DNA of 39,588 nt from a virus. Lineage: Duplodnaviria > Caudoviricetes. The DNA lies in IMG/VR virus record IMGVR_UViG_3300020591_000140, positions 1 through 39,588 of that record; one strand, given 5' to 3'. The notes below the pieces were generated by a model. That model did not search any database, had not been told where the DNA came from, and saw nothing but the letters and a program-made list of their open reading frames with translations. The position numbers were made by a program, and so were the translations under genes. Of the stretch, positions 7,779 to 15,852 are shown piece after piece; position 1 is the first letter of the stretch; each line of letters opens with the position of its first letter.

Positions 7779-8023
7779 AGGACGGAGCGATCAATCGCCG
7801 ATCCATACTCCGCTTTCTCGGTCTGGCACCGGTTGCCGCTGTTGCGTGCACGGTGCTGCCGTCAGCGACGCGGATCGATGCCAGCGGACCGAGGACCGTC
7901 GATGCAAACGTCGGCGAGATCAGCACGCGCGTGATGTGCCGCGACGATGGCAAGTTCCGCATCGATCTGGCGAACGCAACCATCACGATTGAAGGCTTCA
8001 CGGATGATGTGGGGGCCGCATGA
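7772..8023 (+). CDS. Small protein with twin-arginine-like N-terminus
   Basis: NRRSILRFLGLAPVAAVAC; GAGG RBS; coupled to cro. Confidence 0.6.
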   Translation: MLKDGAINRRSILRFLGLAPVAAVACTVLPSATRIDASGPRTVDANVGEISTRVMCRDDGKFRIDLANATITIEGFTDDVGAA

Positions 8024-8385
8024 TCGGGCGCATCTGGACCCGCATATGCCGGCACATCGTCGCCCGCGGTGGAGCGGCAATGTTCTCTCGCGAGGAATTT
8101 GGCGCGAGCGTTGGGGTTCAGATCGACGCAGACGGGAAGGTGATCGGCGTCGTGCAGGACAATTCCGCCGCGCGACTGGAGCGTATCGAACTCGATCTAG
8201 CGGGCACCGACTTGCGTATCGCCGCGCTTCAAGCTGCCGTCGACGCCGCCCCAGAGGAAGGCGCCGCCCTGGCGATCCAGCAGATCCACAACGGCCTTGC
8301 GCAATACGATCCGGTTAAGGCCGTTGAAGATCTCAGGCGCTCGATGCGCGCGGAGGCCGATAGGCTCAAGCGGGAGGGGTGCTGA
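8020..8385 (+). CDS. Hypothetical coiled-coil protein
   Basis: ATGA overlap; alternative start at 8080. Confidence 0.55.
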   Translation: MIGRIWTRICRHIVARGGAAMFSREEFGASVGVQIDADGKVIGVVQDNSAARLERIELDLAGTDLRIAALQAAVDAAPEEGAALAIQQIHNGLAQYDPVKAVEDLRRSMRAEADRLKREGC

Positions 8386-8620
8386 GCATGTTCGCAAGCG
8401 CCTCTGCGACAGCGGTTTTGGCCGGTGCATCAGCGCCTTTAGCGATGATGCTGTCTAATTGGGACAGTACGTCCGCGCGTCTCAGCGCCCCGCTGTTTTC
8501 TAGGACGTTGATGACGGCCAGAATCGCGAGCGCAGGCCCTTCGCTCATGGATGCGGCCAGCTCTTTGATTTCGGCCGGCACCTTCACCTCTTTGGTGATG
8601 CGATCACTGATTTCCGACAT
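8366..8620 (-). CDS. Small hypothetical protein antisense to the early-right operon
   Basis: AGGAGGG RBS before ATG 8620; natural-looking helical 84 aa. Confidence 0.65.
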   Translation of the reverse strand: MSEISDRITKEVKVPAEIKELAASMSEGPALAILAVINVLENSGALRRADVLSQLDSIIAKGADAPAKTAVAEALANMLSTPPA

Positions 8621-9043
8621 GGCAGTCCCTCCTGGGTTCGGTGTTTGGCGACTTCAACCTAACGGGATTCGCCATGTCGGTTGTTCACGTGACGGTAGCG
8701 TGAGGCGGATGCGCTGGGCGCCGGGTTGGCCCCCGCGATGCTCAGAGGGAGCGTGTCCGCCGCACCGTGCCGTCCCTAGACGACGCGACCGATCCGGCTG
8801 GGCCCCATAGCAGCCGCCCGGGTCGGTGACCTTCAAGGGGGACACGTCACGAGTACCCCCGACTTTTTGGCCGGAACAACCCGGTCCGAAAGGGTGCCAG
8901 CGTCGAGCGCACCATGTGCGTTCCGCCCTGCCACCCGCCGGTGTGTCAGGGCTTGTTGCGTCCGTTGCGTTCGCGTCTCGCTGTTTTTCTCTCTCACCCG
9001 GCCGGCGCCGCAATCGCCGGCCGGGCAACAGGGACGATGCCAC

Positions 9044-9733
9044 GTGCTCGACAACGTCGACGCCATCGCTGTGATCGCCGGACTTGCGTGCATCGTGAGT
9101 GCGGTCGGGCTGCGGCTCGTCGACAGGCGGCAGCACGCGCGTACCCGGCCGAGTCCCGCCCCCCGTCCCGGGTCGAACCCAGGGGGAGTCCCGGGCACGG
9201 CGAGGTCCGGCCCACGGGACACCAGCCGGGCCGAAACACCGGTTTCCATTGTACATCTCGGCACACACGCCACCGCCGTCGAGTTCGTGGGCTGGATGCG
9301 CGCGATGGGCTTTTCCGGCTGCCGGCGCTCTGCCGCCGAGATGGCCGATTTCTACCGCTGGTTCTGCGCCGACATGCACGTGGCGCCGCTCGGCGAGGGC
9401 GAATTTCTCGCAGCGCTGAGCAATCTGTACGGGCAGGTGCGCAAGAAGCGCGACTCCATCAAGTGCCCCACGACGGGCAAAGTGTTGCGGCTGGCAAGCG
9501 GAGCACCACAGCGCACCCGCTACTACACCATCCTCCACGCCGACGAGGTGCGCCTGCCGACCGGCGTGGCGCCCGCTGTGACCCGGGCTGAGTCCCGGCC
9601 CCAGACCCGGGAGTCCCGGGCTGAGTCCCAGGGGGCTAGCCGGGCGCCTGTGCGCGCTCAGCCTCGCAAACAGGTCAATGCGCGGCATTCAGCCGACGAT
9701 TTCACCATCGGTCGCGAAAGGATCGCGGCATGA
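9044..9733 (+). CDS. Membrane-anchored protein with putative winged-helix domain and internal DNA repeats
   Basis: N-terminal TM (AIAVIAGLACIVSAVGL); FYRWFC...PLGEGEFLAAL...VRKKR...RYYTI resembles primase-C/RFX-type wHTH; ATGA overlap with the next gene. Confidence 0.6.
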   Translation: MLDNVDAIAVIAGLACIVSAVGLRLVDRRQHARTRPSPAPRPGSNPGGVPGTARSGPRDTSRAETPVSIVHLGTHATAVEFVGWMRAMGFSGCRRSAAEMADFYRWFCADMHVAPLGEGEFLAALSNLYGQVRKKRDSIKCPTTGKVLRLASGAPQRTRYYTILHADEVRLPTGVAPAVTRAESRPQTRESRAESQGASRAPVRAQPRKQVNARHSADDFTIGRERIAA

Positions 9734-10158
9734 GCGGCTTTGTCGACAAGGTCGAGCGGCTTCCGCGCACGTTGCTAACGGAGCGCGCGCAAGGCACGCC
9801 CGCGCGCCGCAGCGGCCATGGGCCGACGGAGGAGGAAATCCATCGCTCCGTCATCGCGTGGCTGGAGCGCCGCGGCGCAGACGGCCTGTTTTTCTTCCAC
9901 GTTCCGAACGGCGAGATCCGCCATCGCGGCGCCGCCGGAAAGCTGAAGGCCATGGGCACCAAGGCGGGCGTGCCTGACCTCGTGCTCATCAGGGATGGGC
10001 ATGCGTACGGCCTGGAGATCAAAGCGGCCGGCGGGCGGCAATCGCCCGTGCAGCGAAACGTCGAGCAGCAGTGGGAAGGGGCGGGCGCAACGTACGCCGT
10101 TACGCACGGGCTCGACTACGCGCTCGACCAGCTACGGGAATGGGGACTGCTGGAATGA
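9730..10158 (+). CDS. VRR-NUC domain nuclease (Holliday junction resolvase-like)
   Basis: TEEEIH...FFHVPNG...GTKAGVPDLV...GLEIKA.GGRQSPVQ. Confidence 0.9.
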   Translation: MSGFVDKVERLPRTLLTERAQGTPARRSGHGPTEEEIHRSVIAWLERRGADGLFFFHVPNGEIRHRGAAGKLKAMGTKAGVPDLVLIRDGHAYGLEIKAAGGRQSPVQRNVEQQWEGAGATYAVTHGLDYALDQLREWGLLE

Positions 10159-10349
10159 GCAAGCAAGACAGCGGTTTTATCGGGTGCATCGCCGATTCGC
10201 TGCGCGGCGCACTGCCCATCAGCGATAGTGCCCGCGCCGCTGCCGAAGGCGTGCAGGCTGCCTCGACAAGGGTTGCGGCGTTGCCGGACGGACGGCTGCC
10301 GCCGCCGCCGACGCGGCCCGGGTACGAGGCTGATCTTTTGGACGACTGA
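10155..10349 (+). CDS. Small hypothetical protein
   Basis: ATGA overlap with the VRR-NUC gene. Confidence 0.5.
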   Translation: MSKQDSGFIGCIADSLRGALPISDSARAAAEGVQAASTRVAALPDGRLPPPPTRPGYEADLLDD

Positions 10350-10464
10350 CACGAGCGGCGGGAAGCTTTGTGTGCGGTGAGCGTGAGCGAGTGGATGGCC
10401 GGCGCAATGCGCCGCCGGCCCTTGGCCGGTTAGCCGCTGCGCGGCTGCAGTGAAGGGGAAAGCG

Positions 10465-10710
10465 ATGATCAAGCTGGGAAGCAAGGGCAGGGACCGGATC
10501 ACAGGATTTGCCGGGGTCATTACCGGGCGGTGCGAATACCTCACCGGATGCAACCGCGTGCTGCTGTCGCCCCACGTTGGCGCGGACGGTTCTTACAAGG
10601 AACCGCAGTGGTTCGACGAGCAGTGCATCGAGATCGACGATGCCGCCGGTGTGATTGCACTCGACAACGGTTCGAGCCCCGGATTCGGCAAAGAGCCGCC
10701 GAAGCGCTGA
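10465..10710 (+). CDS. Small conserved-type phage protein (SH3-like)
   Basis: LGSKGRDRITGFAGVITGRCEYLTGC...WFDE pattern; AAGGGG RBS. Confidence 0.8.
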   Translation: MIKLGSKGRDRITGFAGVITGRCEYLTGCNRVLLSPHVGADGSYKEPQWFDEQCIEIDDAAGVIALDNGSSPGFGKEPPKR

Positions 10711-10914
10711 CGCCTGTTTCACGGTTGCCGCGAGATCGCGCCATTGCATGGCGCTGACACGAATTGAGCCTCCGAGGCGGTAACCGCGGAGGCTCCAATG
10801 TCGGAGCGCGGGGGCGCTCCGTAGATGGGCATGGGGGTGCCCAGAACGACGCGCAGAATCTCATTCGCGCCGTTCTCGGTCAAGCCCCGTGGATGAAAGA
10901 CGGGGGACGACGGT

Positions 10915-12030
10915 GTGAGCGACTATCTCGTGAGCTTCGCGCGGCGCGCCAAATTCGGCGAGCGCAATGCCTCGCGCAAACTCGCCATGATCGCGCTTTG
11001 CAATGCCGCAAACGACGCTGGTGACGCCATTGTCATGGGCGCCGACGAGATCGCGGAAGCGGCCGAGCTGCTCAGCAGCAAGAACGCCATGCGGTTGCGG
11101 CGCGAACTGATCGGCCTTGGCCTGATTGATGTCGTCACCGATGAGCAAGGCCGCGACACGGCCGGCCGCGGGCGTGGCGCGAAAGGCATCTACCGCATCA
11201 ACGTGAGGCGTCTCGAGGCGCTTTTCACCGGAGAGTGGGATTACGCCGCCGAGGCGGCGGTGTGGCGCGGGCAAAAGGGTGCTGTCACAGCACCCAAAGA
11301 TAGCGTGCCGTCACAGCACCCTAATGGCGACGAAAAGGGTGCTGCTAAGGGTGCCGTTAAGGGTGCCGCTTTGGGTGCTGCTAAGGGTGCTGCCGCCCCC
11401 CACACCCCCCTTACCGTAGGAGAGGTTAGTAATAATAACTCTCCCCCCCTTACCCCCCCAGAAGGCGAGAGCGAGAGAAGTTTCGAACAGGTTTTGCAGG
11501 CGCTGCGCACAGCGCATCCCGACCGCATGCCCGCCATCGACGCCCTGATCGATCCGCTGTTGCGCCAGCGCAAACTCTTCGGCTGCCCCGATCCGGTGTT
11601 CGCACTCGGCGAGCTCGCCAAGGATGCGAGCAAGTACAGCGCAGATGTGCTGGCCGACGCGGTGGAGCGTGTGAAAACCGAACGCGGCTTCAGCTTCAAG
11701 GTTTCCGACGTCTCGGCGGCGCTCAAATCCGCGGCCGCTGCGTCCTCGATGGCGCAGCGTGAAACACCTGCAGCGCCGCCGTCGCCCGCAACCGAACGCC
11801 TGCGGGAGTCGATCCGGCTTGCGCTGGGACAGAACCTTTTCGAGGCATGGTTTGCAGGCCTTCAGGTCGAGGATGTCGGCAGCGACCGCGTGCTCGTTTC
11901 GGTCGGAGACCGGTTCATCCGCTCGTACATCAGCGGAAATTTCGACACTGCGCTGCGCCAAAGCGTGGGTGCGGTCTTCGGCGTGGACGCGTTTGAAATC
12001 ACCGTGCGCCAGCCGGAGCAGAAGCCATGA
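10915..12030 (+). CDS. Phage replication initiator (N-terminal HTH, iteron-coded linker, C-terminal DnaA domain I-like)
   Basis: RKLAMIALCNAANDAG...EIAEAAEL..RRELIGLGLI HTH; SPPLTPP; C-terminal LGQNLFEAWFAGL...VSVGDRFIRSYISGNF. Confidence 0.82.
   Translation: MSDYLVSFARRAKFGERNASRKLAMIALCNAANDAGDAIVMGADEIAEAAELLSSKNAMRLRRELIGLGLIDVVTDEQGRDTAGRGRGAKGIYRINVRRLEALFTGEWDYAAEAAVWRGQKGAVTAPKDSVPSQHPNGDEKGAAKGAVKGAALGAAKGAAAPHTPLTVGEVSNNNSPPLTPPEGESERSFEQVLQALRTAHPDRMPAIDALIDPLLRQRKLFGCPDPVFALGELAKDASKYSADVLADAVERVKTERGFSFKVSDVSAALKSAAAASSMAQRETPAAPPSPATERLRESIRLALGQNLFEAWFAGLQVEDVGSDRVLVSVGDRFIRSYISGNFDTALRQSVGAVFGVDAFEITVRQPEQKP
11277..11440. repeat. Putative replication origin: iterons plus AT-rich patch inside the initiator gene
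   Basis: Palindrome GGGTGCTGTCACAGCACCC 11277-11295, variant 11303-11321, five tandem 12-mers AAGGGTGCYGCT-like 11335-11394, GTTAGTAATAATAACT 11425-11440. Confidence 0.8.
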
Positions 12031-12551
12031 GCCTCGCCCGGCAACAGCGCGCCGAATCCGCTCCACGCGCCGCCGCACCCTACCACGAGCCCGCTGAGCG
12101 CGATGATCCGCGCAACGCACTGCTCGACACCATGGCGCAACAGATCCTCGACCTCATCGAGAGCGCGCAGCGCAACGATGTGCTGGCACCGCTGCTCGCG
12201 CGCATCGAGAGCATGGCTCCCGAGCTGAACCGCAGCCTCGCAACCCAAATTCCCGCGCTGGCCGTAGCTGCAGCGCCGTGCGGAGCGCCCGTAGCACCTG
12301 CGGCCGGCATGGGACGTGTGGACACAACAGAGGCGGAGCTGCGGCTCGCAACCGTGCTGGCAGCGCTGAAGATGGGGATGCCGAAGACGGCGGCGGCGCG
12401 CGAGTTGCACGACAGGGCCCGCATGCTCGTTTTGTCGGACCTTGCTGCGCTACGCGCCGCGGGCAGCGCCATCGCCGCGCGGCGGCACCGCGACGTGCCG
12501 AAGGCGGAGCCGGTGACGTTTCTGCTCGAAGATGCCGGAGGTGGAGCATGA
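12027..12551 (+). CDS. Hypothetical phage protein
   Basis: ATGA-coupled at both ends. Confidence 0.7.
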   Translation: MSLARQQRAESAPRAAAPYHEPAERDDPRNALLDTMAQQILDLIESAQRNDVLAPLLARIESMAPELNRSLATQIPALAVAAAPCGAPVAPAAGMGRVDTTEAELRLATVLAALKMGMPKTAAARELHDRARMLVLSDLAALRAAGSAIAARRHRDVPKAEPVTFLLEDAGGGA

Positions 12552-13186
12552 CGCTCGCGCTTCCCGCCACCTCGTTCGTTCAGCCGGGCATGTTCGATGA
12601 TGTGCGGCATGTGAATTGGCCGTTCGCGTCGCTCGAGCCGCAGGCCTACGACCTCATCATGGCGGACCCGCCGTGGCGCTTCGAGCTTTACTCCGAGCGC
12701 GGCGAGGGCAAGAGCGCCCAAGCGCACTACGCCACCATGACGCTCGACGACATCGCGCACCTGCCGGTGGCGGATCTGGCGCGCGGCAATTGCCTGCTGT
12801 GGCTGTGGGCGACGGCGCCGATGCTCGATAAGCAAATACTTATCCTGAAGCGCTGGGGCTTCCGTTTCGTCACCTCGGGCGTGTGGGTGAAGAAGACCGT
12901 CACCGGCAAGACCGATTTCGGCACTGGCTACGTGCTGCGCTCCGCGCACGAGCCCTTCCTCATCGGCGCGATCGGTGAGCCGCAAACCTCGCGCTGTGTG
13001 CGCTCCGTCGTCGAAGGCGTGCGGCGCGAGCATTCGCGCAAGCCGGAAGCCGCGTACCGCGCCGCCGAGGCACTGGTGCCGGGCAGTGTGCGCCGCGCCG
13101 ATCTCTTCAGCCGTGAAACTCGCCCGGGCTGGGAAGCCTGGGGGAATGAAGTTGGGAAGTTCAACGGAGGGCAGAACGATGATTGA
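12548..13186 (+). CDS. MT-A70 family N6-adenine methyltransferase
   Basis: YDLIMADPPW, HYATM, LWLWAT, WGF, VWVK, EHSRKPE, DLFSRETRPGWEAWGNE. Confidence 0.93.
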   Translation: MTLALPATSFVQPGMFDDVRHVNWPFASLEPQAYDLIMADPPWRFELYSERGEGKSAQAHYATMTLDDIAHLPVADLARGNCLLWLWATAPMLDKQILILKRWGFRFVTSGVWVKKTVTGKTDFGTGYVLRSAHEPFLIGAIGEPQTSRCVRSVVEGVRREHSRKPEAAYRAAEALVPGSVRRADLFSRETRPGWEAWGNEVGKFNGGQNDD

Positions 13187-13625
13187 GACGTTGCCGCGTG
13201 TGTCAGTTGATACCTCGAAAATCGATCGCATGGATGTTCGCCAGCGCATCGATGCGCACGAGGGCGAGCGGACGAAGATCGCCGCCGAATTGAAGGCGGC
13301 GCGCGCCTCGTTCAACGCCCGCATCGAGGCCATCCAGCGCGAGCGGATGGAGGCGACGGCGGCCATCCAGGCGCGGCTCGACGCGCACGACGAGACGCCG
13401 GACATCTACGACGACGTGCTCGAGTTGGACGACAGCGAGGATTTTAACCCCATTCGCTGCTGCATCACCGGACTGATTCTGCTCGATGGCGACGAACTCG
13501 TCGAGGACGCGCACGGACGCCGCGCGCTCGCCGCCGCCGTGAATTGGCCGGATCCGCCGCAGGACCTGCCCGACGCCGAAGAGGATGACGAAGACGAGGA
13601 CGACGAAGAAGAGAAGGTGGCGTGA
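13179..13625 (+). CDS. Hypothetical protein with coiled coil and acidic tail
   Basis: GGAGG RBS, start MIETLP; EEDDEDEDDEEE C-terminus. Confidence 0.7.
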   Translation: MIETLPRVSVDTSKIDRMDVRQRIDAHEGERTKIAAELKAARASFNARIEAIQRERMEATAAIQARLDAHDETPDIYDDVLELDDSEDFNPIRCCITGLILLDGDELVEDAHGRRALAAAVNWPDPPQDLPDAEEDDEDEDDEEEKVA

Positions 13626-13987
13626 TGGAGGGGCACAACCAAGCCGACGCCGATCTGAAGCGGCGCGCCAACGCATTGAAAGACATCCTCGATCAGATCG
13701 CCGAGCTGCAGGAGGAGGCCAAGGAGATTCGCGCGGACGCAAAATCCGACGGCTACGACCTCAAGGCACTCAACCAAGTCGTGAAGGAACTGCGCCGCGG
13801 CGCCGAATACCAGGAAAAGCAGCTCGAGCTGGAGCTGGTGCTCGACACCTATCGCAAGGCCGTAGGCCTTCCGGTGACCCTCGACGCTGCGCAGGAGATC
13901 GTCCGACGGGACGCCGAGGAGCTGCCGGCAGCGGAGGAAGACGGCGAAGGAAAGCGCACCACACGCCGGCGGGCAGACCTGAACTGA
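13622..13987 (+). CDS. GapR/DUF2312-like nucleoid-associated DNA-binding protein
   Basis: LQEEAKEIRADAKSDGYDLKALNQVVK...ELVLDTYRKAVG matches the GapR pattern EAK..GFD.K....I....LD.Y..ALG. Confidence 0.85.
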   Translation: MMEGHNQADADLKRRANALKDILDQIAELQEEAKEIRADAKSDGYDLKALNQVVKELRRGAEYQEKQLELELVLDTYRKAVGLPVTLDAAQEIVRRDAEELPAAEEDGEGKRTTRRRADLN

Positions 13988-14015
13988 GGTTGAGACATGA
14001 CGGGCGGGGGTTCAG

Positions 14016-14684
14016 GTGAGGCAGGCCAAGGAGCGGGACATTCTCGCGCTGGCGGAAGGACAGTCGGCGGTTCTCATCGGCCGCGGCTGGGAAGCGCCTG
14101 GGTTCTGGCGCTGGGAGAAGACACGCGCCGGACGAATGGTTCGCGCCTACTACGACGCGAGCAATCCGCGCAATACGGTGCGCATTCCATCGCGCGATGC
14201 GCCGAGCCTGTTCCGGCCCCACGTGGAGGTGAGCCGTCCGCGTGCGCCGGAGCCAAAGCCAAAGCTCGAGGCGGCGCTCGACATCGGTGCCGAACTCTCA
14301 GCGTTCGAAGCGCAGCTGCTGCAGGCCTGCCGCGTAGACGACGCGCTTCCAGACCGCGAGCGCGGCATGCTGCGGGTGCGCATCCTATGGCCTGCCACCA
14401 GCAGCGCGCCGGGAGACTACCCCACCGGCATCTCAACGCGCTTCCGCCCGACGCGCGCCCAGATCGACGAATGGTTCGCGGTGATGAATTCGCTCAAGGG
14501 CGCGCAGGTCTCGCCGGAGGCGATGCTGGTCATTCGGCTCTACGCCAGGGGACACAAATTCCGGCCCATCGGGGAAAGGATCGGACGCAGTGAAAGCAGA
14601 ACTCGCAGCATCTACCGCAGTGCCGTTGCCGAATTCTGGCGTGCGAGCCGGCGGTCGCATCAGAGCGCGCGCGAGCGGGCCTGA
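14016..14684 (+). CDS. Putative late transcription regulator (Q-like position, C-terminal HTH)
   Basis: VIRLYARGHKFRPIGERIGRSESRTRSIYRSAV sigma region 4-like HTH. Confidence 0.6.
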   Translation: MRQAKERDILALAEGQSAVLIGRGWEAPGFWRWEKTRAGRMVRAYYDASNPRNTVRIPSRDAPSLFRPHVEVSRPRAPEPKPKLEAALDIGAELSAFEAQLLQACRVDDALPDRERGMLRVRILWPATSSAPGDYPTGISTRFRPTRAQIDEWFAVMNSLKGAQVSPEAMLVIRLYARGHKFRPIGERIGRSESRTRSIYRSAVAEFWRASRRSHQSARERA

Positions 14685-15084
14685 GCTGCGCGTCATCGAG
14701 CGCTTGGGGCTCGCCGGCATCATCGCCATCGGCGACCTCGAGGGGCCGTTCCAGGACGAGCTCGTTATCGCCTCCGCCACCTGGCTGTCGGCGCCGAAGG
14801 TGCTCGATGCAGCGCGGCAGTATTCGCACCGTGAGCGTGGCCGGCGCGTGGAGCTGTGGACGTGCGGTGACCGGCATCGCGATCGCGTGCGGGCCGAATT
14901 GAAACAGGAGCTGGCGGCGCTGGGCGTGGTGGTGCGAGGCAACTGCGTCCGCATGGAACCGCAGGCGCTGGAGACGGAGATCCGCGCTGCGGGCTCGCGC
15001 GCCGGAGTCTCCGTTTTTGGAGTCGCGGAGGCGCAGCGGCTGATCGACGAGGGCGTGCGGCGTGATCTCATGAGGGGGTTCTGA
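14590..15084 (+). CDS. Hypothetical protein (start uncertain)
   Basis: TGATG overlap with the next gene; true start may be later (e.g. GTG 14641). Confidence 0.55.
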   Translation: MKAELAASTAVPLPNSGVRAGGRIRARASGPELRVIERLGLAGIIAIGDLEGPFQDELVIASATWLSAPKVLDAARQYSHRERGRRVELWTCGDRHRDRVRAELKQELAALGVVVRGNCVRMEPQALETEIRAAGSRAGVSVFGVAEAQRLIDEGVRRDLMRGF

Positions 15085-15476
15085 TGAGCAGCTATAAGCG
15101 CGACGACGGCGCAGCGTGGCCCGGCGTGCGGCAGGGGCCACGTCCGAGTCTCGACGACATCGTAACCGCAGCGTGCATGGTTGGCGGCATCACCAGATGC
15201 GATTTCATCCGTGAGTGCCATTACCCGGCGATTGTCTACGTGAGGCGGCTAGCAGCCGGCGTGGGGCGGCTGCACGGGTACTCCTATCCGCATATGGGCC
15301 GAGCGTTTCAGCGCGACCACACAACCGTTCTGTATGGCTTGAAGAAAGTTCGCCGTCTCCGCGCCGAAGGGAATGAGCAGATCGACCGCGATCTGGAGTT
15401 GGTGAACGCGTTGGCATCGTCCTACGCGGCGGAGCGGATTGCACCGAAGAACAAGCGCGCCAAGGTGCCGGCATGA
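15084..15476 (+). CDS. Stand-alone DnaA domain IV-like HTH protein
   Basis: LDDIVTAAC...VRRLA...SYPHMGRAFQRDHTTVLYGLKKV (RDHTTV DnaA signature). Confidence 0.88.
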   Translation: MSSYKRDDGAAWPGVRQGPRPSLDDIVTAACMVGGITRCDFIRECHYPAIVYVRRLAAGVGRLHGYSYPHMGRAFQRDHTTVLYGLKKVRRLRAEGNEQIDRDLELVNALASSYAAERIAPKNKRAKVPA

Positions 15477-15655
15477 GCGACAGGAAGATCGCGATCTTCG
15501 CCTATGGCTTGGCATGCGGGCTTCTGATGTCGGCCATTGAGCTCTTCGTGCACCCGGGGCTCGACCGCCAGCTGATGGCGATGGCGCTGGCGGGCTGCGC
15601 GGCGCTTGCTGGTCTGATCGGCACCATGCATGCGCGGCGGAGGGCTGGGCGATGA
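15473..15655 (+). CDS. Small 2-TM membrane protein
   Basis: Two hydrophobic segments; ATGA coupling. Confidence 0.65.
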   Translation: MSDRKIAIFAYGLACGLLMSAIELFVHPGLDRQLMAMALAGCAALAGLIGTMHARRRAGR

Positions 15656-15852
15656 TCAGGGCAGCCTTCTTCATCGGGTGCGCCCTCTCCCTCATCGGAG
15701 GGGCAAGCGAATTCATCGCACTCGTCGTCGGCGGCCTTGCGATGTGGAACGGCGAATATTCGAAGGCGGCGGCAGCATTCGCCGCTGCAACTTACATCGC
15801 CGTTTTCGCCGTCTCGGTGCGCCAGATCAAGCATATGGGAGCGAGACGATGA
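15652..15852 (+). CDS. Small hydrophobic membrane protein
   Basis: Mostly hydrophobic 66 aa; ATGA coupling. Confidence 0.65.
   Translation: MIRAAFFIGCALSLIGGASEFIALVVGGLAMWNGEYSKAAAAFAAATYIAVFAVSVRQIKHMGARR

Noticed and set aside
8379-8810. 143-aa plus-strand ORF continuing the cro operon
   Set aside because: Ser/Ala/Met-rich shadow of the minus-strand gene 8366-8620, which has a strong RBS
10768-10796. Hairpin GAGCCTCCG/CGGAGGCTC upstream of the initiator
   Set aside because: Real inverted repeat but no U-tract or other support; function cannot be assigned
11335-11394. Tandem repeats as a possible CRISPR array
   Set aside because: 12-bp units without spacers, in frame inside the initiator; these are iterons. 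No CRISPR array or cas gene seen in the window
12080-13405. 441-aa minus-strand ORF
   Set aside because: Antisense to three coupled plus-strand genes including the MT-A70 methylase
13578-13615. GAN trinucleotide run
   Set aside because: Simply encodes the acidic tail; not a contingency repeat
14590-15084. Faint resemblance to T5orf172/GIY-YIG proteins
   Set aside because: Catalytic motifs not visible; left as hypothetical
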